Part shown: piece after piece, positions 11,391 to 20,306 of the stretch
Layout of the letters: each line of letters begins with the position of its first letter
How positions within the stretch are numbered: the first letter of the stretch is position 1
Assembly (NCBI RefSeq): GCF_003543135.1
Contig: NZ_DPJG01000016.1
From: Rheinheimera sp.
GTDB lineage: Bacteria; Pseudomonadota; Gammaproteobacteria; Enterobacterales; Alteromonadaceae
Strand: one strand, 5' to 3'
DNA: 64,000 bases
Program-made: the position numbers and the translations under genes
Notes under the pieces: generated by a model
The model's input: only the letters and a program-made list of their open reading frames with translations
Database searches by the model: none
Told to the model about the DNA's origin: nothing

Positions 11391-12478
11391 TGAGCCGACG
11401 TCCGATAGCGCAAATTAATGTGGATGCGCTTGCGCAAAATTTTCAGCATATTCAAAGCATTGCGCCAAAAAGTAAAATTCTGGCTGTGCTCAAAGCCAAT
11501 GCCTATGGTCATGGTCTCTTGGCCGTTGCTGAACAGCTCAAAGCTGCAGGTGCTTTTGGTGTGGCCCGTATCGACGAAGCTTTGATGCTGCGCGCCGGTG
11601 GTATTGTCAAACCTATAGTGCTGCTGGAAGGCTTTTTTCACCCTGACGAGCTGCCACAGATAGTTGCTTCCAACTTGCAGGTGGTGGTGCACCACAAGTC
11701 GCAAGTGGAGGCGTTATTAAATGCTGAGCTTGAAGCGCCTGTGCATGTCTGGTTAAAAATTGACAGTGGTATGCACAGGCTGGGGATTTACCCTGCGGAG
11801 TTTCAGCAGGTGTATCAGCAGCTCATGGCAAGCCCGAATGTATTAAAACCACTTCGGCTGATGACCCATTTTGCCTGTGCTGATGAGCCGGATAATCCGG
11901 CCACAGAACGTCAGCTCGCGCTGTTTTCAGAGCTGATCAAAGGTTATGAAGGGGAGTTGTCTATTGCCAACTCGGCCGGTGTACTCGCCTGGCCACAAAG
12001 CCATGGTGACTGGATCCGCCCTGGTTTGGCGTTATACGGTGTGTCACCGATGTTGGCTGGCCGTTCTGCGCAGCATGGGTTAAGGCCGGTGATGACGTTC
12101 AGCAGTTCAGTGATTGCGGTACGCGACGTGAAAAAAGGCGAGGCCGTGGGTTATGGCGCAGCCTGGACAGCACCGGTTGATACCCGTTTGGCTGTTGTTG
12201 CCATTGGTTATGGTGATGGTTACCCACGTAATGCCCCCAGCGGCACACCGGTGCTGATTAATGGCAAACGTTTCCCAATTGTCGGCCGGGTGTCGATGGA
12301 TATGACCACTATAGATATAGGCTCAGATCCGGTGAATATCGGCGATCAGGTGATCTTGTGGGGCGAGCAGCTGGCGGTGGAAGAAATTGCTGAGCTGGTG
12401 CAAACCATTCCATATGAGCTGCTGTGTAACATTACCAGCAGGGTGCAGTTGCGTTATATTGGCGATAACCTGAGCTAA
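11390..12478 (+). CDS. alr: Alanine racemase
   Basis: AVLKANAYGHG and GYGDGYPR; start overlaps the dnaB stop. Confidence 0.98.
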   Translation: MSRRPIAQINVDALAQNFQHIQSIAPKSKILAVLKANAYGHGLLAVAEQLKAAGAFGVARIDEALMLRAGGIVKPIVLLEGFFHPDELPQIVASNLQVVVHHKSQVEALLNAELEAPVHVWLKIDSGMHRLGIYPAEFQQVYQQLMASPNVLKPLRLMTHFACADEPDNPATERQLALFSELIKGYEGELSIANSAGVLAWPQSHGDWIRPGLALYGVSPMLAGRSAQHGLRPVMTFSSSVIAVRDVKKGEAVGYGAAWTAPVDTRLAVVAIGYGDGYPRNAPSGTPVLINGKRFPIVGRVSMDMTTIDIGSDPVNIGDQVILWGEQLAVEEIAELVQTIPYELLCNITSRVQLRYIGDNLS

Positions 12479-12513
12479 CATAGCCAGATAACAAGCAGAC
12501 AGGTTTTTGCACA

Positions 12514-12546
12514 AATAAAAAGCCGGCATCAAGCCGGCTTTTTATT
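12514..12546. terminator. Bidirectional terminator between alr and cheX
   Basis: AATAAAAAGCCGGC-atcaa-GCCGGCTTTTTATT between convergent genes. Confidence 0.88.
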
Positions 12547-12582
12547 GTCTGAAACTCTGATCTGGGTCTGAGCAATGAATGC

Positions 12583-13053
12583 TTATTTCGGATTATCAAA
12601 ACTGACTTCAATATGCACTTTGCCAAAGTCAGAATCAAAAGGCATCAGTATTTTTGGACCATCACATTTGTGCGTAATGGTGTGACCTTTGCCGGAAACC
12701 ACCACAGGTGTGGCCATGCTGAATTCATAGCCCTTTTCACCCAGAATACGTTTAGCGCCGCCAGTCACCATATTGGTGATTTCACCAACCATGTCGGTCA
12801 CTTCTTCGTTAATGGATTTAGGTCTTTCTCCCAGCATCCGGAACATAATTTCCAGCGCCAGTGACTCTTCAAAACTCACTGAAAAAGAACCTTTGGTTTG
12901 AGGGCCTATCATGCCAATCAAACCTGAAACATCACCACGGGCAACTTCATCTTTTTTTATGCGGGGCTGACCAGGCACAATAGTCGTATTTGCCATAGTG
13001 CTTAATACATTGACCAAAGACGACAGAAATGGATTTACATACTCAACATTCAT
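12583..13053 (-). CDS. cheX: Chemotaxis phosphatase CheX
   Basis: MNVEYVNPF, DVSGLIGM and DMVGEITNMVTGGAK. Confidence 0.92.
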   Translation of the reverse strand: MNVEYVNPFLSSLVNVLSTMANTTIVPGQPRIKKDEVARGDVSGLIGMIGPQTKGSFSVSFEESLALEIMFRMLGERPKSINEEVTDMVGEITNMVTGGAKRILGEKGYEFSMATPVVVSGKGHTITHKCDGPKILMPFDSDFGKVHIEVSFDNPK

Positions 13054-13203
13054 TTAATGGACCCATCGAATAAATTTGCGTTGTGGTTGCTGGCGCTGGC
13101 CATGACGGTAAGGTTAGGCAGATTTTAAAGAATAAACAAGTCTAGCTCTTTGTTTTTGAGATAGTTTCCACCTTTATTCCTGTTATTTCTCCGTTAATCC
13201 GGC

Positions 13204-13680
13204 TTAATCACACTGATTTAGCTTATGCAGACTTTCTGAGGGTTTTGCCCCGACACAACGGCGACAAAGGCCACGGGCTTCAATGGTTTGTTGCTGAATT
13301 ACAAAACCTTCGGCATGAGCCAGACTGGCAAACTCCTGCTGCAATAATTTGGAGTGCAATTCTTCAACATGACCACATTGCTGACAAATCAGCAATTGTG
13401 CCGGGTGATGATGTTCAAAGTGATGGCACAACAAAAAGGCGTTACTGGACTCAATTTTATGAATAAAACCTTGTTCGGTCAGAAAATCCAATGCGCGGTA
13501 AATTGTGGCGGGTTTAGCTGCGGGTTCGGTTTGTTTCAGCTGTTCCAGCAGCTCATAAGCACCGACGCCAGACTGAGTTTGCGCCAGCAAGCGAAATACC
13601 TTTTCACGGATAGAGGTAAAACGTGCACCGTTATGCTCACAAATATGACGGGCCCGCTGGACCAGGGATTCAATCGACAT
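13204..13680 (-). CDS. zur: Zinc uptake regulator (Fur family)
   Basis: GAYELLEQL...PATIYRALDFLTEQGFIHKIES with CxxC pairs; near dusA and dnaB as in enterobacteria. Confidence 0.88.
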   Translation of the reverse strand: MSIESLVQRARHICEHNGARFTSIREKVFRLLAQTQSGVGAYELLEQLKQTEPAAKPATIYRALDFLTEQGFIHKIESSNAFLLCHHFEHHHPAQLLICQQCGHVEELHSKLLQQEFASLAHAEGFVIQQQTIEARGLCRRCVGAKPSESLHKLNQCD

Positions 13681-13810
13681 AAATCAGATTTACCTTTTTT
13701 GGCAGTAGCTTAGGAAGTGTACCATACAAAAGCCTGGCTTAAAGAGCGTAAAAACGCAGAAAGTTTGCCTGCTTAGAGGTAAAATAACCGGCCTTTTTCT
13801 GGAGAACGCT

Positions 13811-14770
13811 GTGGACCACAAATTTTCAATTGCCCCAATGCTGGATTGGACAGACCGCCATTGCCGCTATTTTCACCGTAAGCTAACCCGTCATGCTGTG
13901 CTTTATACCGAAATGGTCACCACAGGCGCACTGATTTTTGGGCAAGGTGATTATCTGGCATTTAATGAAGAAGAACACCCGGTGGTGGTGCAATTGGGTG
14001 GTTCTGATCCAGAGGCCATGGTGAAAAGCGCCATCATGTGCGAGCAGCGGGGTTACGACGCAATAAACATTAATGTGGGTTGTCCGTCGGATCGGGTGCA
14101 AAACGGCATGTTTGGCGCTTGTTTAATGGAAAAACCTGCACTGGTGGCCGAATGTGTCCGCCGGATGCGTGAGGTGGTTGATATTCCGGTGACGGTAAAA
14201 AGCCGGATTGGTATTGACGAGCTCGACAGCTATCAGTTTTTAGTCGATTTTGTCGGCACTATTGCGCAAGCTGGCTGCAGTGATTTTATAGTGCATGCCC
14301 GTAAAGCCTGGTTAAAAGGGCTGAGCCCAAAAGAAAACCGCGAAATTCCACCGCTGGACTATCCCAGGGTGTATCAGTTAAAAAAAGATTTCCCTCATCT
14401 GCAGATCAGCATTAATGGCGGTATTAAAACGGTCGAAGAGTGCCTGACGCATTTGCAGCATGTCGATGGCGTGATGGTGGGGCGCGAGGCTTATACTAAT
14501 CCGTTGTTTTTAAATCAGATTGATGCTGCCATTTATGGTGATGAACGCACACTGCTGACGCCGCACCAGGTGGTCAGAGAGATGTTGCCTTATATCGAGC
14601 AACAAATGACGGAAGGTGCCAGATTCTGGCATATAGCACGGCATATGTTAGGTATTTTCCAGGGGGTGACAGGTGCAAGACAGTGGCGGCGACACCTCAG
14701 CGAGCTTGGCCATTTGCCTTCCAGTGGCCCTGAAGTACTGTTGGCTGCCCTGGCAAAAGTACCTGAATAG
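13811..14770 (+). CDS. dusA: tRNA dihydrouridine(20/20a) synthase
   Basis: [31 protein letters not shown] and [15 protein letters not shown]; GTG start. Confidence 0.96.
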   Translation: MDHKFSIAPMLDWTDRHCRYFHRKLTRHAVLYTEMVTTGALIFGQGDYLAFNEEEHPVVVQLGGSDPEAMVKSAIMCEQRGYDAININVGCPSDRVQNGMFGACLMEKPALVAECVRRMREVVDIPVTVKSRIGIDELDSYQFLVDFVGTIAQAGCSDFIVHARKAWLKGLSPKENREIPPLDYPRVYQLKKDFPHLQISINGGIKTVEECLTHLQHVDGVMVGREAYTNPLFLNQIDAAIYGDERTLLTPHQVVREMLPYIEQQMTEGARFWHIARHMLGIFQGVTGARQWRRHLSELGHLPSSGPEVLLAALAKVPE

Positions 14771-14780
14771 AATTTAAACC

Positions 14781-14913
14781 AAAAAGTGGCTAAAAATGCC
14801 ACTTTTTAGTTTTGATGAATTTTTCTACTTTTTCCAAATGAACTTTAATCTTATTAAATTCGTTTAAAATCAATCAGATAAAATAGTTTTTTTGTGTTGG
14901 CATAGCAATTGTA
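14781..14913 (+). promoter_or_regulatory. Sigma54 promoter with upstream enhancer-like site (copy 1)
   Basis: TTGGCAT-AGCA-ATTGTA at 14897-14913 (GG-N10-GT); CACTTTTTAGT at 14800-14810 inside palindrome AAAAAGTGGC-N7-GCCACTTTTT; AT-rich spacer. Confidence 0.6.
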
Positions 14914-14960
14914 ATAACAGATTGTCGTTCGTTAATTAAATTGCCAACAAGGAAACTATC

Positions 14961-15230
14961 ATGAAAACTTTAAATGCTGCTTTACTGGTTACTACGCTGA
15001 TGTTTGGTTCTGTAAACGCTTTTGCTGCTGAACCTGCTACCGAATTATCTTCTCAGTTGACTCAGGTTGTGACCAGTCAGGTGATGGAAGTCAGCCAAAA
15101 TATTCAGCAACAAATTGCTGACTCTATTGAAGCCACAGTCGCTGAAATGATTGTTGGCATTGAAGACACGCTGAGCCAGGCGCCAGCATCAGGCAACACA
15201 ACAGAGCAATCTGTTGCTGCAGTGGAGTAA
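14961..15230 (+). CDS. Small secreted acidic hypothetical protein
   Basis: RBS AAGGA, signal peptide ending in AFA/A, 89 aa. Confidence 0.8.
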   Translation: MKTLNAALLVTTLMFGSVNAFAAEPATELSSQLTQVVTSQVMEVSQNIQQQIADSIEATVAEMIVGIEDTLSQAPASGNTTEQSVAAVE

Positions 15231-15233
15231 CGC

Positions 15234-15362
15234 ATGCTGATCACCCCCATTGAGTTACTGGCGCTGTTTTTAATGCCGGTGCTGAGTGTGTTTGGTATCT
15301 GGTTATGTTCACTCTGGTTGTTACCAAACACTGATATTCCCCCTAAAACCCGGTCTTTGTAG
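15234..15362 (+). CDS. Putative 42 aa single-pass membrane protein (below the ORF track cutoff)
   Basis: ATG 3 nt after the upstream stop, GGAG SD sequence; MLITPIELLALFLMPVLSVFGIWLCSLWLLPNTDIPPKTRSL. Confidence 0.5.
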   Translation: MLITPIELLALFLMPVLSVFGIWLCSLWLLPNTDIPPKTRSL

Positions 15363-15437
15363 TACCGGGTTTTCTTTTTTAAGATCCGATTTTTCCTGCT
15401 TGAGCGCTATTGTTGTTCTTCATTTAGTCATTTTCAT

Positions 15438-15546
15438 CACTTTTTAGTCAAATTATTTTAAAGACAATGCCGCCTGCTTTTGCATCCAAGAATACTCTTT
15501 TAAAAACAATGCTTTGCGTTTGTTTGTGGTTGGCATGGCTTTTGTA
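15438..15546 (+). promoter_or_regulatory. Sigma54 promoter with upstream enhancer-like site (copy 2)
   Basis: TTGGCAT-GGCT-TTTGTA at 15530-15546 (GG-N10-GT); identical CACTTTTTAGT at 15438-15448; IHF-like AAACAATGCTTTG between them. Confidence 0.6.
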
Positions 15547-15595
15547 CCTTGTTATTTGAATCAATCATTTAACTGATAACAAGCCGAGGTTAACT

Positions 15596-15802
15596 ATGAA
15601 CAGAAGCAATCATCACAACTGGTACTGTAATAAAGCCCATAAAAAAATTTCCGGAGTTTGTGCAGGTTTAGCCGCTTATTATCAACAACCCAGATGGTTA
15701 GTGCGGGTGCTGGCGATTTTGTTGTTACTGACGTTCCCTGTTGCCGCAGTTGTTGCTTATTTGCTGGCTGCTTGTCTGCTTCCTGATCGTTATGTGATCT
15801 GA
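15596..15802 (+). CDS. PspC domain-containing protein
   Basis: KKISGVCAGLAAYY...LVRV...AYLLAACLLP, the PspC signature. Confidence 0.85.
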   Translation: MNRSNHHNWYCNKAHKKISGVCAGLAAYYQQPRWLVRVLAILLLLTFPVAAVVAYLLAACLLPDRYVI

Positions 15803-15818
15803 ATGCGGATGAGATAAG

Positions 15819-16274
15819 ATGAAGGCATTTCAGTCACTGGAGTCTGTCATGCCTTTGTTGTTTGCCCTTATGGTGTTCTTTAGTAGTTTTATTGTACAAG
15901 CCGCACCAGTGGAGTTTCAGAATGCCACTGTGCGTCAGCCGCTGCCGGGAAAGAACCTGAGTGCCGGTTATTTTTCTGTACTGAATTCCTCCGATAAGGC
16001 AGTAACTCTGGTTGCAGCGAGCAGCCCCTGGTTTGAGCGGGTCGAATTGCATCAGCACAGCATGCATAACGGCATGATGCGGATGGAAAAAGTCGATAGT
16101 TTTGCCGTTCAGGCCGGCGAACAGCTGCATTTGCAGCCGGGTGGTTTGCATCTGATGTTGTTTGCGCCTAAAAATGAATTAACTTTAGGTGCCATAGTGC
16201 CTATCCAAATCAGCGCGGCCGATGGCCAGCAATGGCAAATCTCGGCGGTTGTCACCAAAATCCCAACCCAATAA
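15819..16274 (+). CDS. Copper chaperone PCu(A)C
   Basis: ELHQH...MMRM and LQPGGLHLML motifs; signal peptide. Confidence 0.9.
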   Translation: MKAFQSLESVMPLLFALMVFFSSFIVQAAPVEFQNATVRQPLPGKNLSAGYFSVLNSSDKAVTLVAASSPWFERVELHQHSMHNGMMRMEKVDSFAVQAGEQLHLQPGGLHLMLFAPKNELTLGAIVPIQISAADGQQWQISAVVTKIPTQ

Positions 16275-16286
16275 CCGGAGTGACAG

Positions 16287-17264
16287 ATGCAAAAAGTGAA
16301 ACTGGCAGTCCTGCTCAGTAGCCTGGTGTTGATATTGTTTTATGCCATGGCTGTCTGGTACAGCAGTGAACCTGATACTTTTGATGTGATGGCTGAAGCA
16401 AATCAGGCTGCGCAGGGCGTTAAACCAGCCGTTGGTTATACCACCACCCATACCCTGGTGCACGTCACTGAAGTATTACTTCACAAATCCGGGGGGTATA
16501 TTTCCAACGACTTACTGCCGCCTTTTAGTATGCTGGATAATATGCCGGCCTGGGAGTTTGGGGTATTGGAAATGGTGCGGGATTTAGCCTTATCGATGCG
16601 CACAGATATCAGCCGCTCTCAGTCCCAATCGGTGGAAAATTCTTTTCTGAAACTGGCACAGCCAAAACTGAATATCGACCATCGCAGTTGGGCTGTACCG
16701 GCGGCTGAAGATGAATATGCCGAAGCTTTGCGTTTATTGCGCTCTTACCGCCAGGCATTAAATGATCCAAACAACAGAGACCATCAGTTTTATGCCCGGG
16801 CCGACAACTTAAGGGATTGGCTGAAAGCAGTGGAAAAACGCCTTGGCAGTTACAGTCAGCGGTTAAGTGCCAGCGTGGGGCAAGACAGGTTAAATACTGA
16901 CCTTGCCGGTGATGCACAGGCGCGTCAGTCAACCAATACCCCGGCCGAGTTGATGATTAAAACCAGTTGGTGGCGGATTGATGATGAGTTTTATGAGGCC
17001 AGAGGTGCATCCTGGGCGCTGCTGCATTTTTTAAAAGCCATTGAAGTTGATTTTGCCGATGTACTGGCCAAAAAAAATGCCACTGTCAGTTTGCAGCAGA
17101 TCATCCGCGAGCTTGAAGCCACCCAACAAACAGTTTGGAGCCCGATGGTATTAAACGGCAGTGGTTTTGGTCTGCTCGCCAATCACTCGCTGGTCATGGC
17201 AAACTATATCTCCAGAGCCAACGCGGCTCTGATTGAACTGACCGAATTATTGTCGCAAGGATAA
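16287..17264 (+). CDS. DUF2333 family protein
   Basis: N-terminal TM; LLHKSGGYISND, DNMPAWEFGVL and DDEFYEARG. Confidence 0.85.
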   Translation: MQKVKLAVLLSSLVLILFYAMAVWYSSEPDTFDVMAEANQAAQGVKPAVGYTTTHTLVHVTEVLLHKSGGYISNDLLPPFSMLDNMPAWEFGVLEMVRDLALSMRTDISRSQSQSVENSFLKLAQPKLNIDHRSWAVPAAEDEYAEALRLLRSYRQALNDPNNRDHQFYARADNLRDWLKAVEKRLGSYSQRLSASVGQDRLNTDLAGDAQARQSTNTPAELMIKTSWWRIDDEFYEARGASWALLHFLKAIEVDFADVLAKKNATVSLQQIIRELEATQQTVWSPMVLNGSGFGLLANHSLVMANYISRANAALIELTELLSQG

Positions 17265-17267
17265 CGC

Positions 17268-18011
17268 ATGAAAATTTTATTACCGCTGTTTGCTGCCTCG
17301 CTGTTTGTAACAAGTCCGCTGGTCACTGCCGATGTGCTGGGTGTGACTGTGGGGGCTGAATGGTGGCAAGCTAACCCCGAGGGGCGGGCAGGAGATACCG
17401 GCTTTAGTCAGCCACTGCATTTTGATGATGACAGTCACAGTGCTTTTTATGCGGCATTTGAACATCCGATCCCCTTGCTGCCAAACATGATGCTGCGGCG
17501 TCAAACCCTGAGTTTTCAGGGGGACACCCGGTTGGCGGGCACATTACAGCTGCATGGCGTGGTGTATGCCGCACAAAGTCAGGTAAACAATCATCTGAGC
17601 CTTGAATATACCGATGCCAGTATGTATTACGAACTGCTCGACAACGATATTCTGAGTGTGGATCTGGGCGTAAGTGCCAGATTTCTGCAAACTGATGTCA
17701 GTATTACGCAGGGCGGAACAGTCGCGCGTGGCGTATCAACCCCCTTGCCGATGGTATATGCCAATGCAGTCGTGGGCGTGTTTGGCACCAACTCCAGTCT
17801 GTTTTTTAATGGTAACTATGGTCGTTATGATGGTCATCAGATGTCGGATCTACGCGCAGGTTTTGCTTATGAATGGATCGATCTGGCGGCATTTTCGCTA
17901 TCGGTGAAGTTAGGGGTGCAGCGACTGGATCTGGACCTGAATAATGAAGATCGGATGGATGTTGATTTACTGGCCGATGGCGTATTTCTCGGTCTGGAAG
18001 CTGATTTTTAA
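17268..18011 (+). CDS. TIGR04219-like outer-membrane beta-barrel protein
   Basis: Signal peptide, AFEHPIPLLPN, YYELLDND, terminal aromatic residue (ADF). Confidence 0.8.
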   Translation: MKILLPLFAASLFVTSPLVTADVLGVTVGAEWWQANPEGRAGDTGFSQPLHFDDDSHSAFYAAFEHPIPLLPNMMLRRQTLSFQGDTRLAGTLQLHGVVYAAQSQVNNHLSLEYTDASMYYELLDNDILSVDLGVSARFLQTDVSITQGGTVARGVSTPLPMVYANAVVGVFGTNSSLFFNGNYGRYDGHQMSDLRAGFAYEWIDLAAFSLSVKLGVQRLDLDLNNEDRMDVDLLADGVFLGLEADF

Positions 18012-18143
18012 TATTGTCCCTCACTAAGCCGGCGTGTTGTAGGTTGTTGTTCGTACAGACAATACGCTGGCGCAGCTAAAACCTTGTAGTTCAATCTGTG
18101 CACCATTATAGTGAGGTATCAGATTGGATCGGTTTTTCTTAGC

Positions 18144-20306
18144 ATGAAGCAGCTTTTTATTCGCCCTCTGTGGCCCCTGATGTTGTTGGCCATCTTTGTT
18201 GTACTTTCTCTGGTGGCGTCCTGGTTTTCGTTACAGCTGTGGCAGCAGCAACAGCATACCGCGTATTTACATCAGCTGAGCCGTCATGCCGCATTATTGG
18301 CGATGCATCCGCTGCGTGAGCAGAATTCTCAGGCCTTGAGCCAGACTTTACAAGCCTTACAACAACATAGCGTTTTGCCATTGCAGGCTATGGCGGTGTA
18401 TGACAAAAACCAACAATTGTTTGCTGCCACCGAGGGGTCAGAAGAGGTATTAAGTAACTATTCACCATTGCCTTCAGCAACACAGCCTGTGGTTCTTGCT
18501 GACGGTATGCTGCTGTTTAGTGTACCTGTCTGGGCTGATGTGCAGCAGCAGGGGCGTCATGATTTACCTGTGCCAGCGATCAGTTCGGAACAACTGGGTC
18601 ATTTGTTGTTGGTGGCCGGCCCTTCTGCAGCAGTGCCTTTGTGGTTAATGCTGCCGATGTTGTTATTGGTGTTGCTGGCAGCTTTGTTGCTTTATGGCTG
18701 GCAGCAAAAAAAACAACAGAAAAGAGCGCGTCAGCAGCTGTTATTAAGTCAGCAACTGCAGCAGGGCTGCGTTGCCGATGTGCAGGGGCACGACTTTGCG
18801 CTGTTGATTGACGCCTGGCAACAGCAGCAGCAACGGCATCAACAGCAACTACGGTCGGTAGGCCGTGATGCCGAATTGCGGTTACAACAGCAGGAGCAGC
18901 AGCATGCTCATACCGCTGAAAACTTATTACAACTGCAACAAAGCTACCAGCAACTGAAACTGCACAGCCAATCCTGCGATCAGCAATTAAAGTTCTGGCT
19001 GGAGTTATGTCACAGATCGGACTCACTGAGTGCGGTGGATTTGCGCAGTAAAATTCAGGCATTACAGTTGTTGTCTGAGCTGCACGCTGCTGATTTTGCC
19101 CTGCAGCCGGACCATTTGTGGTTACCTGACTGGCTGGCGCAGCAGGCACCCCTTTGGTTTAGCGACAATAAACTGCCGGAACAGTTTGTTTTTGACGAAG
19201 ATCCGCAGGCTTATCAGTTCAAAATGAACATTGATACCAGACTGCTCAGTGTGTTGTGTCATATTTTCAGCAGTTATTGTCAGCAGGCTGCCGCTGGCCA
19301 GGATATTTTGTTCAGCTATCGTTTGTGTGAAGTACCGCAAAAACAACTGAAACTCACCTTTAAATATGCCGGCGCCGGTTTTTCGGCGCGCTGGCGTCAG
19401 TTGTTGCTGGCGCAGCCTGACAGCGAGTTGACACTGGACGATGTAGAAGCAGAAGTTGCCCGCAGATTGCTGCAGGAGCTGCACGGCAGTATTTCATTAA
19501 ACTCGCTGGAAGACTTGGGTACTCAGCTGGATATTCTGCTGCCGGTTTCCTGGCAAAAAACCAGTCAGTCTAAATTATGTCAGTCCATTTTGGTGCTGGA
19601 TGAGCGGCCCTGTCGTTTGCCTCTGCTGAAACAGTCGCTGGCGGCTATTGGTGAACAGGTCCATAGTGTGGCAACACTTGCAGCCTTGCCTGAAGCTGTG
19701 CAGTTACGTTTGGTGGATTTAGTGATAGTGCTGCTGCCGGAAAGCTCTGCGTCACTGCATCAGGACGCGGCAAAGCTAAGTGCACTTGCAGAGCGTTATC
19801 AGCTGCTGTTTTTTGCCTCTGATAAAGCCAGACAGCTGTGGCAGCCGCTGCTTGCAAGCCGTTTATTGCCTGTACCTATTTTGCTCAGTCATGTCAGCCA
19901 TGCGTTGCAGCACCCGAATGAGCTTGGTAATCAGCAGCTGCTGGTCGTCGATGATAATCTGACCAACCTGAAATATGTGCAGGCGATGTTATCAGGTGGT
20001 GGACTACGGATTGATATTGCCATGACAGGGCAAGACGCCATTAAAATGGCCAGCAACAACAGATACCAGCTGATTCTGATGGATATTCAGCTGCCGGATT
20101 TAGCCGGTACAGAAGTGACTAAAAGGATCCGGCAACTGCGGCATCATCAGCACACCACTATTCTGGCTTTTACCGCCCACGCCTTACCTGATGAAATCGC
20201 CAGTTTCCGCCTGGCAGGCATGGATGATGTACTGATTAAACCATTGGATACCCGAAAAATTGCCCATATTCTTACCAAACTCAGCCCGGCTGATGAAATA
20301 CGATAA
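18144..20306 (+). CDS. BarA/GacS-like hybrid sensor with degenerate kinase core and intact C-terminal receiver domain
   Basis: Two TMs, Gln-rich coiled coil, eroded HATPase boxes, degenerate first REC; C-terminal REC has LVVDDN..LILMDIQLP..AFTAHA..IKP. Confidence 0.75.
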   Translation: MKQLFIRPLWPLMLLAIFVVLSLVASWFSLQLWQQQQHTAYLHQLSRHAALLAMHPLREQNSQALSQTLQALQQHSVLPLQAMAVYDKNQQLFAATEGSEEVLSNYSPLPSATQPVVLADGMLLFSVPVWADVQQQGRHDLPVPAISSEQLGHLLLVAGPSAAVPLWLMLPMLLLVLLAALLLYGWQQKKQQKRARQQLLLSQQLQQGCVADVQGHDFALLIDAWQQQQQRHQQQLRSVGRDAELRLQQQEQQHAHTAENLLQLQQSYQQLKLHSQSCDQQLKFWLELCHRSDSLSAVDLRSKIQALQLLSELHAADFALQPDHLWLPDWLAQQAPLWFSDNKLPEQFVFDEDPQAYQFKMNIDTRLLSVLCHIFSSYCQQAAAGQDILFSYRLCEVPQKQLKLTFKYAGAGFSARWRQLLLAQPDSELTLDDVEAEVARRLLQELHGSISLNSLEDLGTQLDILLPVSWQKTSQSKLCQSILVLDERPCRLPLLKQSLAAIGEQVHSVATLAALPEAVQLRLVDLVIVLLPESSASLHQDAAKLSALAERYQLLFFASDKARQLWQPLLASRLLPVPILLSHVSHALQHPNELGNQQLLVVDDNLTNLKYVQAMLSGGGLRIDIAMTGQDAIKMASNNRYQLILMDIQLPDLAGTEVTKRIRQLRHHQHTTILAFTAHALPDEIASFRLAGMDDVLIKPLDTRKIAHILTKLSPADEIR

